NCBI GenBank assembly: GCA_964016885.1
Contig: OZ024743.1
Coordinates: forward strand, 304,544,001 to 304,608,000
From: Eledone cirrhosa
Lineage: Eukaryota
Reading direction: 5' to 3'
Length of the DNA: 64,000 nucleotides
Shown one piece after another: positions 13,930 through 29,747 of the stretch. A program made the position numbers and the translations under genes. Every line of letters begins with the position of its first letter. Position 1 is the stretch's first letter. The notes beneath the pieces are model-generated. The model saw nothing but the letters and a program-made list of their open reading frames with translations, did no database searches and was not told the origin of the DNA.

Positions 13930-16900
13930 CATCATTGAGGCTTTCTACACTGCCATGTACTACCCATCAAATACATCGAATACAGAACAGACATATATCA
14001 ACTGGAAAAGGAAACATCCCGAAAACAGAGGCTATATTGACAGTAACAAACTAGCCAATATACGAAGAAACATTGTTAAAAAAAAGTTACTAACTGATAT
14101 AGAAATTGATCAGATCAAGCTATTAGCACAAAGTCAGCGAAGGGAAAATGAAAAGTGTCAGTGAAAACGAGGTAAATTGTAACACTTCGAATCCCAGGGT
14201 TGGGGCGTAATCACTGACAAAAGAACAAATTAAAGAAAGGATCGAAAAAGTGGAGGGAGTGCATGCTCAAGATGAAACTCAAAATGAAAACAATGAGATC
14301 GTAAATGATAAAGAAATGAATGAGAATGAACTTGCCAACTTGAAGGATGAAATTATGATCGAATGGATGAAAATGAAAGAATCTAACAGGGGGGAACGAG
14401 ACACCCTCCCTAAGATCCAGAACTCCAAACAGAACCAAAAGATAATATACAAGACTAACATAATTCTCAAAAACATTATCATCACAAACAAACTAAACAT
14501 TACTGATTTAAATCATCTCTATTATGCATCGGCTAAAGTCACCACTCATTTATGTGGAGTGAAAATGAAAAAACAAAGGAATTCCCACAAGAAATCTACT
14601 TGGCAAGAGAACATCAATCGTCAAATAAACCTTCTCCGATCTGACATAGAAATGTTAACAAACTATAAAGTAGATGGAGATGTTAAACAAACTAAACTTA
14701 GAAAATTGAAAAGAAAGTACAGTATAAAATCAACAAGTGACATAGACATGCTGATAGAAATAATCAATCAAAAAGTGTCGGCAAAAGCTGCTCGTATAAG
14801 GCGTTTTGAAAAACGATCCAGATTCTATAAGGACAATAATATGTTCAAAAACAACCAAAGAAACATCTACAGAAAAATTGGTAAGTCAACAATAACTGCT
14901 AAATCAATACCACCCAAGGAGGAAGTGCAAGAATTCTGGGAAAAGATCTGGGCTGAAGAAAAAGTTCATAATATACATGCCCCATGGACATACAGACAAA
15001 TGAAATATACAGCTCACCTTGAGGAACAAATATGGGAAAATATAACTGTTGAACAGTTGCGTTTGGCTCTTAGAAAAACCAACAAATGGAAATCCCCAGG
15101 AAAAGACAAAATACAAAATTTTTGGATAAATGCCTTCACAGAGTCTCATGAGCTGTTAGCCCAACTTTACAATGAAATAGTTAAGGAGCCAGAAAAGATA
15201 CCATCATGGCTAGTTAACGACATTACATTCCTGCTTCCCAAGAATGATGAGACAAACAACTCCAAAAATTACAGACCGATAACTTGCTTGACAACAATGT
15301 ATAAAATTTTAACATCAGTCCTAACTGAATACACATATGACCCCCTGATAACAAATGACCTATTTCCCATTGAGCAGAAAGGGTGTAAATGAGGCTCATA
15401 TGGCTGTAAGGATTAGCTTTGGTTAACAAAATGATACTGGAAGATTGTCATAATAGACACAAAAATCTATCAATTGCTTGGATAGATTATAAAAAAGCAT
15501 TCGATAGTTTGCCACACAGTTGGATTGAAAAATGTTTAGAAATTTTCAAAATATCTCCCGTTGTCAGGAGGTTTTTGTCATTCAGTACGAAGACATGGAA
15601 AACGACACTCCATTTGAATAGTGAAATAAAATCACTGGAAGCTGGAGAAGTTAATATTAATTGTGGAATTTTTCAGGGTGACTCTTTATCACCGCTTTTA
15701 TTCTGCATCGCACTTATACCATTAAGGAAAATGCTCAATGAAACAAAACATGGATATAAAGTCTATGACAAAACCATTAATCACTTGTTCTACATGGATG
15801 ACCTGAAACTATTTGCAAAAAATGATGAACAATTGCAAGTGCTATTATCCACTGTGGAGCAGTTCAGTGATGACATGAAAATGGAGTTTGGACTAGATAA
15901 ATGCGCCAAAGCAACGTTCACCAGAGGAAAGCTGCTGAAAAGTTCAGACATTAATCTTGATCGGGGGAATGTGATAAGAGAACTTGATCAAGAGGAAAGT
16001 TACAAATATCTAGGTGTTTGTGAAGGAGACGGAATCAAGCACTCGACAATGAGGGAAAGGATAAGGAAGAAATGTTACCGCAGAGTAAGAGCAATCTTAA
16101 GAACGGAATTGAATGCAAGGAATAGGATCGATGCCATAAACACGCTTGCCATACCAGTAGTAACCTACAGTTACAATGTCATCAACTGGTCAAGCACAGA
16201 GATCCGTAGGCTCGATACAAAAATTAGAAAATTCTTAACCATGCACAGAATGCATCACCCTAAGGCAGATACAGATAGAATATATCTCCCTAGGAAAGAA
16301 GGGGGACGTGGGTTAATCCAGTTAGATATTGCGTTGAAAACTGCAACAATTGGATTATCTACATATCTAAGGGAATCACATGATTGGATGATCAAACTCG
16401 TTTTGAAACACGAAAGCATCAAAAGATCATACTCCATTACAAAAGATGCACAAAGATACAGTAATGGACTATACATTTCAGAAGTCCCATTTACAGCTGA
16501 AATGGAAAACACAGAAAAAGCAAAGCAGGTAAAAGTAACTGCAAAGAAAGAACTCCTACAGAAACTGGCTAAGAAATGGCAAGAAAAGCCTCTGTATGGA
16601 AAAGACCTGATATAATACTGAAGGACTTTAAAAGGAGGGTATAAATTGAGCAAGTATAAAGACCTGGAGATAGAAATTGGAAAAATGTGGAAATTGAGAA
16701 CTAAAACAATACCAGGGGTTGTAGGCGCTGTAGGAATGATACCTAAGGGGTCTAATGATTACTTATCGCAAATCCCAGAAAACCGGCGTATAGGACAAAT
16801 ACAAAAGATAGTACTAATGGGAACTGGCCATATACTAAGGAAGATTCTGTCAATATAAGTACATCACAAGTCTAAACACCTAAAGATGCATGTGTGAATA

Positions 16901-17002
16901 TGTATGTTCTTTCTTGAACATGGGGGACCTTGTTGTCTCTTGAGGTCACTGGTTGTGACTTGGTGATAACTCGTATGAACATAAAGCAAGATAAATGCAG
17001 CT

Positions 17003-17035
<33 letters not shown>
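13928..17035 (+). mobile_element. R4/Dong-like RLE non-LTR retrotransposon, family 2 (5'-truncated, internal deletion)
   Basis: ORF pieces 14250-15392, 15419-16615 and 16646-16858 with KSPGKD, YRPITCL, WIDYKKAFD, FQGDSLSP, YMDD and KYKDLEIE..VVGAVG. The zinc knuckle and PD motif are missing near 16620. (TAA)n tail at ~17005-17035. Confidence 0.88.
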
Positions 17036-17038
<3 letters not shown>

Positions 17039-20000
17039 CATGATGGATATATATCGTTATGGAATCGCTCCCGTAAATTTTTGATTTTTACTTCTTTAAA
17101 ACAACTGTGATAGAATAATTCTTATTACAAATGAACAATAAGATTACAGTTTTCACGCTCAGCAAGCCATAACGCATCACTTTACGGCATAGGGCCCCAA
17201 TATTTAATATTTAATTTTGGATCAGAAATTTTATAGTCGAAAAAGAGGAAAATGGCAAAATGGCTAAATAGCTAAATGGCTAAGTGGACAGACAGAAAAA
17301 TAATTTCACTACCGCCACCATCACCACTAACACGCTAAAAACTCTAGTCAAATTACCTCAACTTCTATTTCTACTTCAACTTCAACACCATCACTACAGT
17401 ACTACGATCACATCACCACCACCACTGCCTCATTATCGCTACCGCCGCTATTCTCTCCCACTACCTCCTGCTAAGTACTACTAGCACAGCACCACCACAG
17501 CCAACACCACTGCCTCATTATCACTACCACCGCTATTCTCTCCCACTACCTCCTGCTAAGTCATGCATCGTAGTGTCCCCAATAAAAGAGGAAGGCATCA
17601 AAAGATATAAATAGACTGATTTGATGACCCGGTCAAAAAAAATCAAAGAACCAAAAATCAAAATCAAGGCAGCACAGCAACAACGAAAACGTCAAGAAAA
17701 GAAAAATGAAAAGAAAAACAAACAGACAGACAGAGAAGGGAAAAGAAAAACTAAGTCAGACATTCAAATATTACATTACAATGAAACTTATGCTTATTCT
17801 TTTGGGTTTTTTTTTTACCTATTTGTTTGTTTGTTTATTTATGTTCGTCTACAGCGTGATAGTGCCACACAAAAAGCACCGGGAGTGATGAAATCACCGG
17901 TGGTTATGTAACCATACATTCACCAATCCTCGATAAGTGTGCTTAAATGTCGAACCTAAACAGTTCGAATAACGGTGAAGTGGAGACTGGAATGTCATGT
18001 GACAGACTCTCACTCAGCAGGTGCTCCCTGGCTCAGCAGCAGGGACCTGGCTGTCAACCAGATACTGCTGGTGTCGGAGGAAGAAGAAGAAGGAAAGGAC
18101 CAAAACCAACTGGGCGAAAGAATTGAATAGAACTGTTATGCAATGTTACCTGAAGAGTAACCCCAAGGAGAAAGGCTATAGGAAACGGATGCATAACATC
18201 TGGAACGAGATTGGTCTATTTAAATTAGATGAACAAAAATTGACCGGGCAGATTCGGGTAATAAGAACTAATAGGTGGATAAGCGAGCTGGAACTGGAGG
18301 AACTGAGCAGAGAGATTAGGTTGGAAATGGAGAGTGGAGTATGCCAGGCAAACGAGCCAGTGGGAAAAGAAGGTGAAGAGGTTGAGAGAACGGAGGAACC
18401 ATCCGAAGCAGACAATGATCTGAATGCTGAAATAAATAATACCTGGAACAGAGATACGCCATTGAGGAGATGAATGCTGACGTGCTAGGACAAGATTTGG
18501 TTGATATCCTAATCTTAGTGGTAGATGAATTGAACAATGATAGTGGGAAACCTATGAACCTAAGATTTGTAGACAGGAAAAAGTTAAAAGAAACAACAGC
18601 TAAGGTAAACAAAGTCATCCCATGCCTTGAGGCGAGGAGCCTTCACCAGTGCAACAATATCCTCAAAGCAACAGCAAATGCGGTGAGGAAATTACTTGGC
18701 ATAAAAGTGAGAGGACACAACAAACAAGAAAGATCAGAGCCTTGGTGGAAGAAACGATTGAATGGTCAAATCAGGGAAATGAGAAATGACATTGGAAAGC
18801 TTGAGTCCCTACTGAATGGGACACTAAAAAACATAGACACTAAAAATAGACTGGAAATAAAGTACAAAACTAGGAGGAAAAAGCTAAATATTATCATAGA
18901 GGAACTGAAGCAACGTATTGTAGCAAAGAGTGCAAAAATTAGGCGATACGAGAGCAGAGTCAGTCAGAATAGACAGAATCGCATGTTTGACAACAACCAG
19001 AAGATGCTGTTTGGACAGCTTGAAGGGAAAGAAAGAGGCAACGACTTGAGCCACGAGGCGGAACAAACTAAGACCTTCTGGAGAGGAATATAGGAGCGGG
19101 ATGTTAAACATAATAGCCAGGCAGTGTGGATTGAGACAGTACAAAAAGAGATTAGTGAACAGGCACACCAACAAACTGATTTGAGTATCACAGTTGAAAC
19201 TCTTAAGGGGCAGGCCAAAAAGCTAACCAACTGGAAATCACCAGGCCCAGATGGTATGCAGGGGTATTGGATTAAAAATATAACATCCCTCAACCCGAAA
19301 CTGACAGCCATGTTCAATGACTGCTTGATGTCAGGTGAGGTACCAGAGTGGTTGACAAAAGGTACCACAGTTCTGGCAATGAAATACCGAATCAAGGGTA
19401 ATGATGTTACCAACTATAGACCTATCACATGTCTGTCCATAATGTGGAAACTGTTGACAAGCATTATGTCTGAGAAAATCTACCATCACCTCCACACAAA
19501 CAACTTGTTACCGGACGAACAGAAAGGATGCCGAAAGAAGTCACGTGGTACAAAGGACCAGTTACTTATTGATAAGATGGTAATGAGGAATTGCAAGAGG
19601 AGACACACTGGTCTTGCCATGGGATGGATAGACTACAAAACGGCATTTGACATGGTGCCTCATTCTTGGATCACCAAAAGCCTAGAGATCTCCAAGGTAG
19701 CAGATAACATCAGACACTTGTTGGGGAAAAGTATGAAGTCCTGGAAAACAGAGTTAACATGAGCTGGATAATCCTTGGGAGGCGTGAAGATCAAGAGACG
19801 TATCTTCCAGGTAGATAGTCTGTCCCCTCTGTTGTTTGTCCTTGCCCTGATGCCCCTGACCATTATACTGCGAAAAGGGAGAGCAGGATACAAGTTGGGG
19901 AAGGGAGAGCTTACCATCAATCACCTCCCCTTCATGGACGATCTTAAGCTCTTCGGGAAGGGTGAGAAGGAGTTGGATGTGCTTGTTGACACTGTCCGTA

Positions 20001-21445
20001 TTTTCAGCAATGATATATGTATGCAATTTAGTATTAGTAAGTGTGGAGTCATTGTGATGAAGAGGGGTAAATTGAGCAGAAGCAACGGAATCCAGGTACC
20101 AACAGGTGAGATGATATAGGAAATTGACACTGAAGAAGGATACAAGTATTTGGGTGTTCTGGAGGCTGATGACACCAAGAACAAAAAAATGAAAGAATTG
20201 ATAAGATCTGAATACATTCGGAGAGTAAGGAGCGTATTAAAGTCACATCTGAACAGTAGGAATGCCATAAGCGCAGTAAATTCCCGAGCTGTGTCTATTA
20301 TTAGGTACAGTACGGGAATTCTGAGATGGAATGTTGCTGAACAAAAAGAAATGGATAGGAAGACTAGGACGCTATTGACTATCTACAACATATTCCACAA
20401 GAGGAGTGATGTCGATAGATTCTACCTAAGGAGATCTGAGGGTGGAAGAGGTCTTATCAGCATAGAGGACTGTCTTCAGATGGAGCAAAACAACCTACAC
20501 AAATACGTGACTGGTAGTAAGGAGCCAATGCTCAGAACTGTACTGAAGGAGAGGACAATAGACCAGGGGATGTCCAAGGAGGAAATAACAACAAGGAGAA
20601 AGAGCAGCCTTCATGAAAAATCCCTTCATAGTACCTTCTTTGAGAAAACTGAATTCAGAGATCCACAGACATGGAACTGGTTGAAAAGAGGAGACCTTAA
20701 AAAGGCTACAGAAGGAATGTTAATTGATTCGCAAAACGAAGTGGTTGAAACACCATATTTACAAGGAGGAGGCTAGCCCACTGTGCAGGATCTGTGGAGA
20801 GAGAGAGAGGAGACTGTGGCTCACATCGTATCCGAGCGTAAACACCTAGCCCAGTCTCACTATAATGGCTGGAGACATGATGTGATAGGCAAGGTGATCC
20901 ACTGGCACCTATACAAAGTAAACAATTTACCACATTCTGAGAAGTGGTATGAGCATAAGCCAGAGTCGGTGATAGAAAACGATCAGCTGAAGGTGCTATG
21001 GGATATTAGGATACAGACGGACAAGAAATTAGAACATGAGAGGCCTGACCTGGTGGTTTTGGACAAGGAAAAAAGATCGTGCTCGATTGTAGGTTTAGCC
21101 TGCCCATTTGACATGAGAGTGCAAGAAAAGGAGAGGGAGAAAATTAACCGATACCAGGACTTAAAGTGGGAGTTAAAAATGATTTGGAATTGCCATGAAC
21201 TCAAGGTTGTCCCGATTGTCATAGGCGCACTAGGTACTATCTCAAAGAGTTTTCAAGGATGGTTAAAGAAGATTAGTCCAGCCCCGCTTTTTGGAACACT
21301 TCAAAAGACATGCTTGCTGGGAACAGCAAGAAAACTCCGATACGTCCTCTATATCTGCGGCTGCAGGTAGCGGCTTGATATTCATTTCAACAAACTTTAC
21401 AGTTAAATAACATCAATGACTGAGACTCAAAGAACAATAATAATT
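17036..21445 (+). mobile_element. R4/Dong-like RLE non-LTR retrotransposon, family 1 copy B
   Basis: Colinear with 9016-13787; ORF pieces 18021-21370 carry the same RT and RLE motifs; short aataataat tail. Confidence 0.88.
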
Positions 21446-21458
21446 ATACGGTTACTGA

Positions 21459-21581
<123 letters not shown>

Positions 21582-23203
21582 CACGAATCAAATTTCTGTT
21601 TAAATCATTTATTTGCTTACAATTGTTTCTTCCAAACCGAGGTTTGGTGTCTTCGGAGCAATTATTCAGTGATTTTTTACATACTTGACCTCCTTTTCAA
21701 CACAAGAGACATACAGAAACATATGTATATATTTTACATACAAAGATTAGTCATATTAAATGACAAAATTAAAGTTAAAATTAAAATTAAAAGTAAAATT
21801 AAAATAAAACATTGGCAGTTTACTATGATTAAGCAAGAGGAAAGTTTGGAGTAGCCAGTGTATGCAACAGTCACACGTGTTGCATGCACGCGTGTCCTAT
21901 TTATACAAGATTATAGTAATGTAATCTCTATATAACTGCTCTGTAAAACGACTGATGTTGTTACATTGAGCTATTTATCTTACTGGTATTAAGATAGTAA
22001 TAAATTACTGTCTTTCACTATTTAGGGTATAAAATATATATAACTATAAAAGGTTTTAGTATATACATAACCATAAATAGTATCCTTAATACTATATATA
22101 TTTTATTATTATTACTATATATATATATATATTGTTATGCTTTGGGAGAGTCATGTTGCCAATAATATATATATGTTCCTCTTCTAGAGCACGTACGGTC
22201 AGAAATCCCGAGATTGATGTTCCAATAGGTATATTGCCTGCACCACAATGTGGAGTGAATGGAGGCTCGATCTCAGTCCCATAAAAAAATAGAGGTGTAG
22301 CACTAGTCACCTAACTTTGGGGATTAACAGGTGGAAGTAGAGCAAGAAGGAAAAGATTGTCGATGAAAGTAATAACATTGAAAACAATGCAAAACAAGTG
22401 AAGAGACCTCTGTTCCTCGGTTCATTACCCGTTAGTTCAAAGTCACGTTACCTGGTCAGAGGAATGTCATGGTTATACTGATTGATGCGGGCCTCAATGA
22501 AAGCGTATATTATGAGATGTTCGTTTGGTCAGATCTAACACAAAACGATATTTTAAACCATTTCCCCCAATAGGTTGGAAGCAAAATGTTTACTAGCTTA
22601 CTACGAATATATAAAAATGTCCATGTAAACTGGGGGGTTTCCAACGTCACCAAGACAAGACAATATTTACAGGCTCTATTATGTGCTCTACAATTATTTA
22701 CGAGCATAGATGAAACAGGAGCGTTGTCTATAATTCTACATATTCTCCACGTATTTTATCAAACATTTTAACCAATTCTGAACCCCTTTCCAATCTATAT
22801 ATTACTAAAAGTCTGTGATTGCTTGCTTGCTTGTCTGTAATGTAATACAGCGAAAAGGGCGCATAATGGGAAAATACTTTGAAAGGAAGTTGCCCCTGAA
22901 ATGGGAATACAAATGGAATAAAACAAGTATCGCATAAATCGAAGCACGGTTTCCCAAGATATGGGTTTTCTGGATACCTTCATAAACAGCGATAGAGAAG
23001 GATAGAGAGAAAGAGAGAGTGGCTTTGAGGGAGTAGATTGAAAGTGAGACATAGAAAGAGGGAGAGGAGACAGAGAAGAAGAATGGCAGAGAGAGTGCAA
23101 GTGGAATTGTTGTGTATATATATGTGTGTGTGTGTGTGCATCTATGACCAGTGTATATAGATCACAGACACCCACATATATATATAAATACACGCACACA
23201 TAC

Positions 23204-23288
<85 letters not shown>

Positions 23289-25631
23289 TGTGTGTGTGTG
23301 TGTGTGTATGTGTATATATATATATATATACAAGGCCACACATTTATATATATATACATACACACACGTCTATGTATGGGCCTTCCAGTTTCATTTCGCT
23401 TATACACATGTCTGTATATATTTTAATTATTTCAAAATTATTTTTAAGTGAACATGAATATCAAAAAAATATTTTGAACTGAACGTGACCCAACGGGTTA
23501 CGACTGGTCTAGTTTAATATAAATTCGTTCATATATTCCCAAGTCATTCGTTATTTATTGTATTGTATATAGCGTTCCCTTTATGTTGTTGCTGAACACA
23601 CGTATCGAACTGGCAAGCGTCATAAGTCCTTTATATCATTCTATATAATTGTAGTTCAATAGGATCGCAGCAAAGATAAACAATGTGGGTGATAAGCTAT
23701 CCTTTTGTACAATCACTCGATATATTTTGACACTTCTCTGTCAGTCTACAATACTTACAGTTATCAATCTACAATTCTTACTCTTATCAGTTCTCCATGC
23801 TTACTCATATCAATCAGTAGTAATTCCAGCAATTTTGAACAGTGAGTGTTTTCAAAATTCAATGTGTGGGACATGGTCATAATCGTTTGTGTAACTAATT
23901 CACCACATTCCTAAACCGATGTTTGGTTGTTTTGTTTTGTTTTGTTTTGTTTTGTTTTTACAGTTTGTAATAAAAATGCCTATATAGTTTTGTTTATAAA
24001 GTCTGATACGATAACTTGCGATTTAGCAAAGGAAGAGGTTGCCCACAAACTTGTAGTAGATAATACTTTCCCTTGTATTTTGAAATTTTTTAAAACAGAA
24101 ATACATATTTACAAATAATAAATAAGCAGGAAAAGGGAAAAACTAAATAGAGTTTTCAATAGCTGTAGTTAGAATTTGACCAAAAACATTAACTATTATG
24201 AAACCACCTAGCAACAGCAAATCCTCCTTAGGAAATGTTGTTCATAAGAGGATTATCCGTTTCACCCAACTCTAAGAAATGTCAACATGAGGGAGGTATA
24301 TCTTAGAATACAATGTTTATTTGGAAAAAGCCAAGGAATAAACTGACATACTTCGATTTTTTAAACTGGGGGCTGCGTCTATATGCCGTCTAAAGATAGA
24401 CTGGATGACGTCGTACCCAATGTGTGGCATAACGTATGCAGCACCATTGATTTCGAAGTGTGTGTTAGATCTTTAAGGGTTAGAACTACAGGATGAGAGC
24501 GGTAGAGGTAGTGTGCTACATGACTAGTCACATGCTGGTTCCACAATACATGAATTTCGAGAATACAAGAAACATGATCCGAAATATCTGTAACACCTCC
24601 CATTCAAATTTATATTTCATTTTTTGTCAATTAAACTTCATGAATTTCTATCGCTCTCCTTTTATGTATGTATGTATGCATGTATGTATGCATTGTTGTT
24701 ATCAATATAAATATGTATGTATTTTATGTATGTATTTATGAATGTAAGTGTGTATGTGTGTATGTAAGAATGTATGTATGAAAGTATGCATATATGAATG
24801 CATATATATATATATGTGTGTGTGTATGCGTGTGTGTGTGTGTGCATGCATAGATGTGTGGATGTTTATATATATGTATGTATGCATTATGTAAATATGC
24901 ATGCATGTATGCGTTACCAAAGTGATAGCACTTTCTAAAGCATTGTATTTATCATCCAATATATATTTTACGCATCTTTTTTGTTCTTTAAAAAAATGCC
25001 ATATTGATTATCGTATTGTAAAGATTAATGTATATTAATTTTATAAGATAGAATAGATTTAGTTTAGGGGCTAATGAAAATTCAAATCCAGAGTCAGAAA
25101 GAATTCAATTAATATCGCAAATATCGTCAGAGCTAGAGCAGGCAATATATTGCGTTTATCATAATAATCATTCAACATTGAGTACCATGCAGCGTTTGAT
25201 TTAATACTTTAAGAAAAACAATAAAAATAAACAAAATCAAAAGACACATTAATATAAGAAATTAGGCACATAAACCCTGTTATAAACTACCATTACCACC
25301 ACTCCTTAAAGTATTTCAATCTTCAACCAATGCGTATTGACTTCTATATATTCGCTCTATTGGAAGAAGATAATACATGAAATGTTAGATTATTTTCCTG
25401 CTCCTAGAGAAATGACTCGTTGAACTCTAGTACGAATTCTCCTAATATCGATGTAATCCACCGTCTGATTGAACACCACCAGTTGACTAATGGGTAATTT
25501 TAGTGGACTCCCTTTTCTTACAAGCATTTTTTGGACTGAAGTTTCTTCCTCACTTCCTCCATTCCTATGCAACAGTAGCAACAACAAAAAAATCAATAAC
25601 ATTAACAACAGCATCGAAGACAGTCTCTAAA

Positions 25632-25695
<64 letters not shown>

Positions 25696-25812
25696 TATAG
25701 TTGGGACAGTAAACAAAAAAAAATAAATAAAACAACGTGGAAGCGAAGAGGTAGTACAAAATGTTAATATTAGTTTCACGCTTGAGAATGGACATATATA
25801 TATATATATGGT

Positions 25813-25860
<48 letters not shown>

Positions 25861-25864
<4 letters not shown>

Positions 25865-26232
25865 GGAAAAAATGAAACGAAATTTCATTTCTCACTCTTA
25901 GTATGGCTGTTACTTAAATATAAGTATGTATATGTACATACATATATGTATACAGACGTACAGTAGTATGTATATATATATACATACAGCATATATATAT
26001 ATATGTACGTATGGATTTACCGAACATTTATTATAATGCTCGGTGTGTTTGTAAACAAACATCCCGAATTAAGCCATACAGTGTTTAGCAACCGTCGTTG
26101 CTCTTTTGTTCAACACTGACAAAGGAACGATGTACTAGTTTCAATCTTATTAGCTATCGTCAGCACCGTATACCTTCCTGCCAGATGATAGAACGTCTGA
26201 AAGTATATACTTTCCTTATGTATATTAACGTT
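25861..26232 (-). mobile_element. HHR-carrying repeat family R (retrozyme-/pLTR-like), copy
   Basis: Shares sequence with 30595-31010, 48405-49270 and 53948-54900; HHR at 26127-26169. Confidence 0.75.
26127..26169 (-). ncRNA. Minimal hammerhead ribozyme (family R)
   Basis: acggtg-CTGACGA-tagctaataagatt-GAAA-ctag-TA-catcgt on the minus strand. Confidence 0.75.
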
Positions 26233-26259
26233 CAATTGAAATGTGATAATTGTTCCTTT

Positions 26260-27060
26260 AGACAGATCACTCCAGAACAACTCGAACCCTTGATGAGATT
26301 CTAATAGAACCAATATACAATCCATAGTTGTAGCTACAATAAACATTTACTAAAGTATAACCAATGTAATGGAAAGGAAAACCTTAATATTAATACTATC
26401 AACACATGTACATTTGAACATTACCGGAACAATCATAACATTACATCCACCATAAACTTCATAAAAACTGCTTTTCATACCCAAGCATCTCTGTCTGCTT
26501 AATATGCTTTTATACCTGTATTGCATTATGTGATACCTTTGCCATCCTGTGATATATATGCTTAGTAACATTGCTTGTTTCTTACCTGGTTATTCTGTAC
26601 ATACCTAACACATCTGCACTCTTTCTATCCGCTTTCTATATGTACTGCTAATGTCCTCGTTTTGCAAGTAACTTTCTTCTTTATTTCCTCTATAATTGTT
26701 GTATTATTCTTTTAATATGTTTGTCGCATCCACTGATACTGACCACATCATCTTCACTCTTTAAATATGACACTGCTGTTAATAACAACACTAACATCTA
26801 CATATCTTTACGATTGTTCTGTGGAATAGGAGGTTAATTATATGTCTAAATTTGCTGGTGCTCCGATGAATCTAATCTAAAGTTTGGAAGAAACGATTGT
26901 CAGCAATAACATGTTTTGAACATAGTTTTGATTATTCTGTAATGTATATTCCGGCTCTGTAAATCATCTGATGTATTTACATTGAGCTATTTTCCTTAAT
27001 CGTAATAAGGTAGTAATGAATTACTGACCTTTCCTGTTTATAATTATATATAGTCTATAT
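26260..27060 (+). mobile_element. Interspersed repeat with HHR-like motif (probable PLE 3' UTR); diverged inverted copy at ~42750-43600
   Basis: Recognisable homology to 42750-43600 (reverse) and partially to 21930-22090. Confidence 0.6.
26859..26905 (+). ncRNA. Hammerhead-like motif (U4C core)
   Basis: tgct-CCGATGA-atctaa...ttggaa-GAAA-cgattg-TC-agca; the homologue at 42920-42964 (-) has the perfect palindrome cgatcg. Confidence 0.55.
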
Positions 27061-27131
27061 ATAAGATTAAATAATATTATTATTATTATATATATATATA
27101 TACATATATATACATATATATATATACATAC

Positions 27132-27195
<64 letters not shown>

Positions 27196-28935
27196 CGAGA
27201 GAGAGAGAGAGAGAGAGACAGAGAGAGAGACAAATATATAAACAATATATGTTATACATTCATTGGTAAATAAAATATAGTTTACAGAATACCCATTAGA
27301 ATGTATAAGAATAATAGAGAATAATATAGAAAAATAAAAATATTTAAAAAAAACATTAAAATGAGGGAACCCTGGTTTAGTCAACATCTTATAAGACAAG
27401 AGTAGTGTCATTCACTCTCGTTTGCTTTATGGAGTAAAGAAAACGTGAAGGCTTTTATTCTACCGACAGGACTCGGGTACGTCCTGCACCAAAATGACGA
27501 AAGTGCACTTAATGGATTTTCTTACAAGTGAACATTTCTAATTAAAATTTTAAGAAACGAAAAATTATTATTCGACTGGAAGATTAAGAGGAACAAATCC
27601 AACGTATAAACTCTGTTTTTTTTTTCTTTTGTTTTGTTTTTTCGGATGTAACGTTGTAATACGATTCACTAATGGAAATTGAACATCACCCTCTCACAGT
27701 TGACCCCCACCACATTGTCCTTCTCTCGACACATCGGCTAGATTGATCATTGGTAAATTAAATATAATAAAATAAATATTGCGTTCAGCTAAACCAATGA
27801 ATCTTATTGTTGAACATATCATTATTTCATACGTGCTGTTTTTATGCTGGCACAGTGGCAATGTAGAGCTAATTTTAAATCGTTAATTCTAATTTTAAGC
27901 TAATTTTAAGTCGTTAATTCTAATACCTGATATTGGGGATGAAATTCAATATTGACCTTCGTGGAATTTGAATTCAAGGCACAGAGAGCTGGAACGAATA
28001 CCTTAAGTCGTTCCAGCCAATATTCTAATTCACATCCTTTAATCATATTTTACCACCTTCCAAAATGAATACCACACTGGATATTGTATTTCCCGATTTA
28101 CCTTGTTCGATCAAGACGGTGCTGGTGCTAAGCAACAACAATATATCTAGTGTAGTCTTTGATTATCTTGCAATTTCCAATTAAACAAGGAAGCATTTAG
28201 TGAAAGTATCTCCTACTATAAACTCTAATCGACCAAAGCTTTTTTAGAGGATTGGATAAAAAGATTCAGTGCAGAAGGTCATCGAATTGCGTGCATTCTT
28301 CGGTTATAGACATAATCTGTCATTCGAATTAACATCACTTCTTCATAATCTGTGGGAAAATTTAAAAGTGTCTCTGTTGAAAGATTTCGGACAAGATCAC
28401 CGGGGAGGAATAAACTTGATATCTGAAATGTCTTCCTCCCATTGAGTTTTATTTCTTTTCTACCTGATAATCCACATTATGAACACTTCACCTCACTAAC
28501 TAAATCATAAATATTTTATTAATCCGAGAAGGACAGTAAAGTAGATACCATACAAATAAACAAAATGTATAAAATTGGTCACATTCTTTATCACATTTGA
28601 CAGATGTCACTTAAAACTAAAACAATCATAACTAGGCAATAAATGATACATATCATTCAGACTCTATTACTTTGATCATCCGTTTACCAAGGCCATCTAG
28701 TTTTTGTTTTGCTTCATTAGAATTTTGTCGTTCATTTAAACATTTGCGTATGTAAGCGTGTGTATATTTATGATAATATATGTAGGAATTATATTCTATA
28801 AATATATATATATATATATGTATGTAGATGTGTGTATAAATATATACATATATATATATATATGTGTGTATATATATATATACATATACATATATATATA
28901 CATACACACATATATATATATATACATACATATAC

Positions 28936-28966
<31 letters not shown>

Positions 28967-28998
28967 AAAATACATACACATACACACATATATGTATG

Positions 28999-29566
<568 letters not shown>

Positions 29567-29747
29567 TAGATTGACCATACGGAATGGTCAATTCTATATA
29601 GTGGTGAACCAACAAACCTAAATAAATATATATATATATATATATACATAGTCATGGAACACTGGAAGGTAATATCCGTAGTGGTAGAGCACTCAGTCCA
29701 AGAGACGAGTTAGGTAGAAGTAGTTACACGACAGTTAGTTCACCATA

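Noticed and set aside
13579-14164. Poly-N/K/R/E ORFs
   Set aside because: They arise from (TAA)n/(GAA)n tracts fused to retroelement sequence.
28300-28420. Possible host exon on the minus strand (ttttcccacag acceptor-like)
   Set aside because: No recognisable protein motif or supporting donor site and frame.
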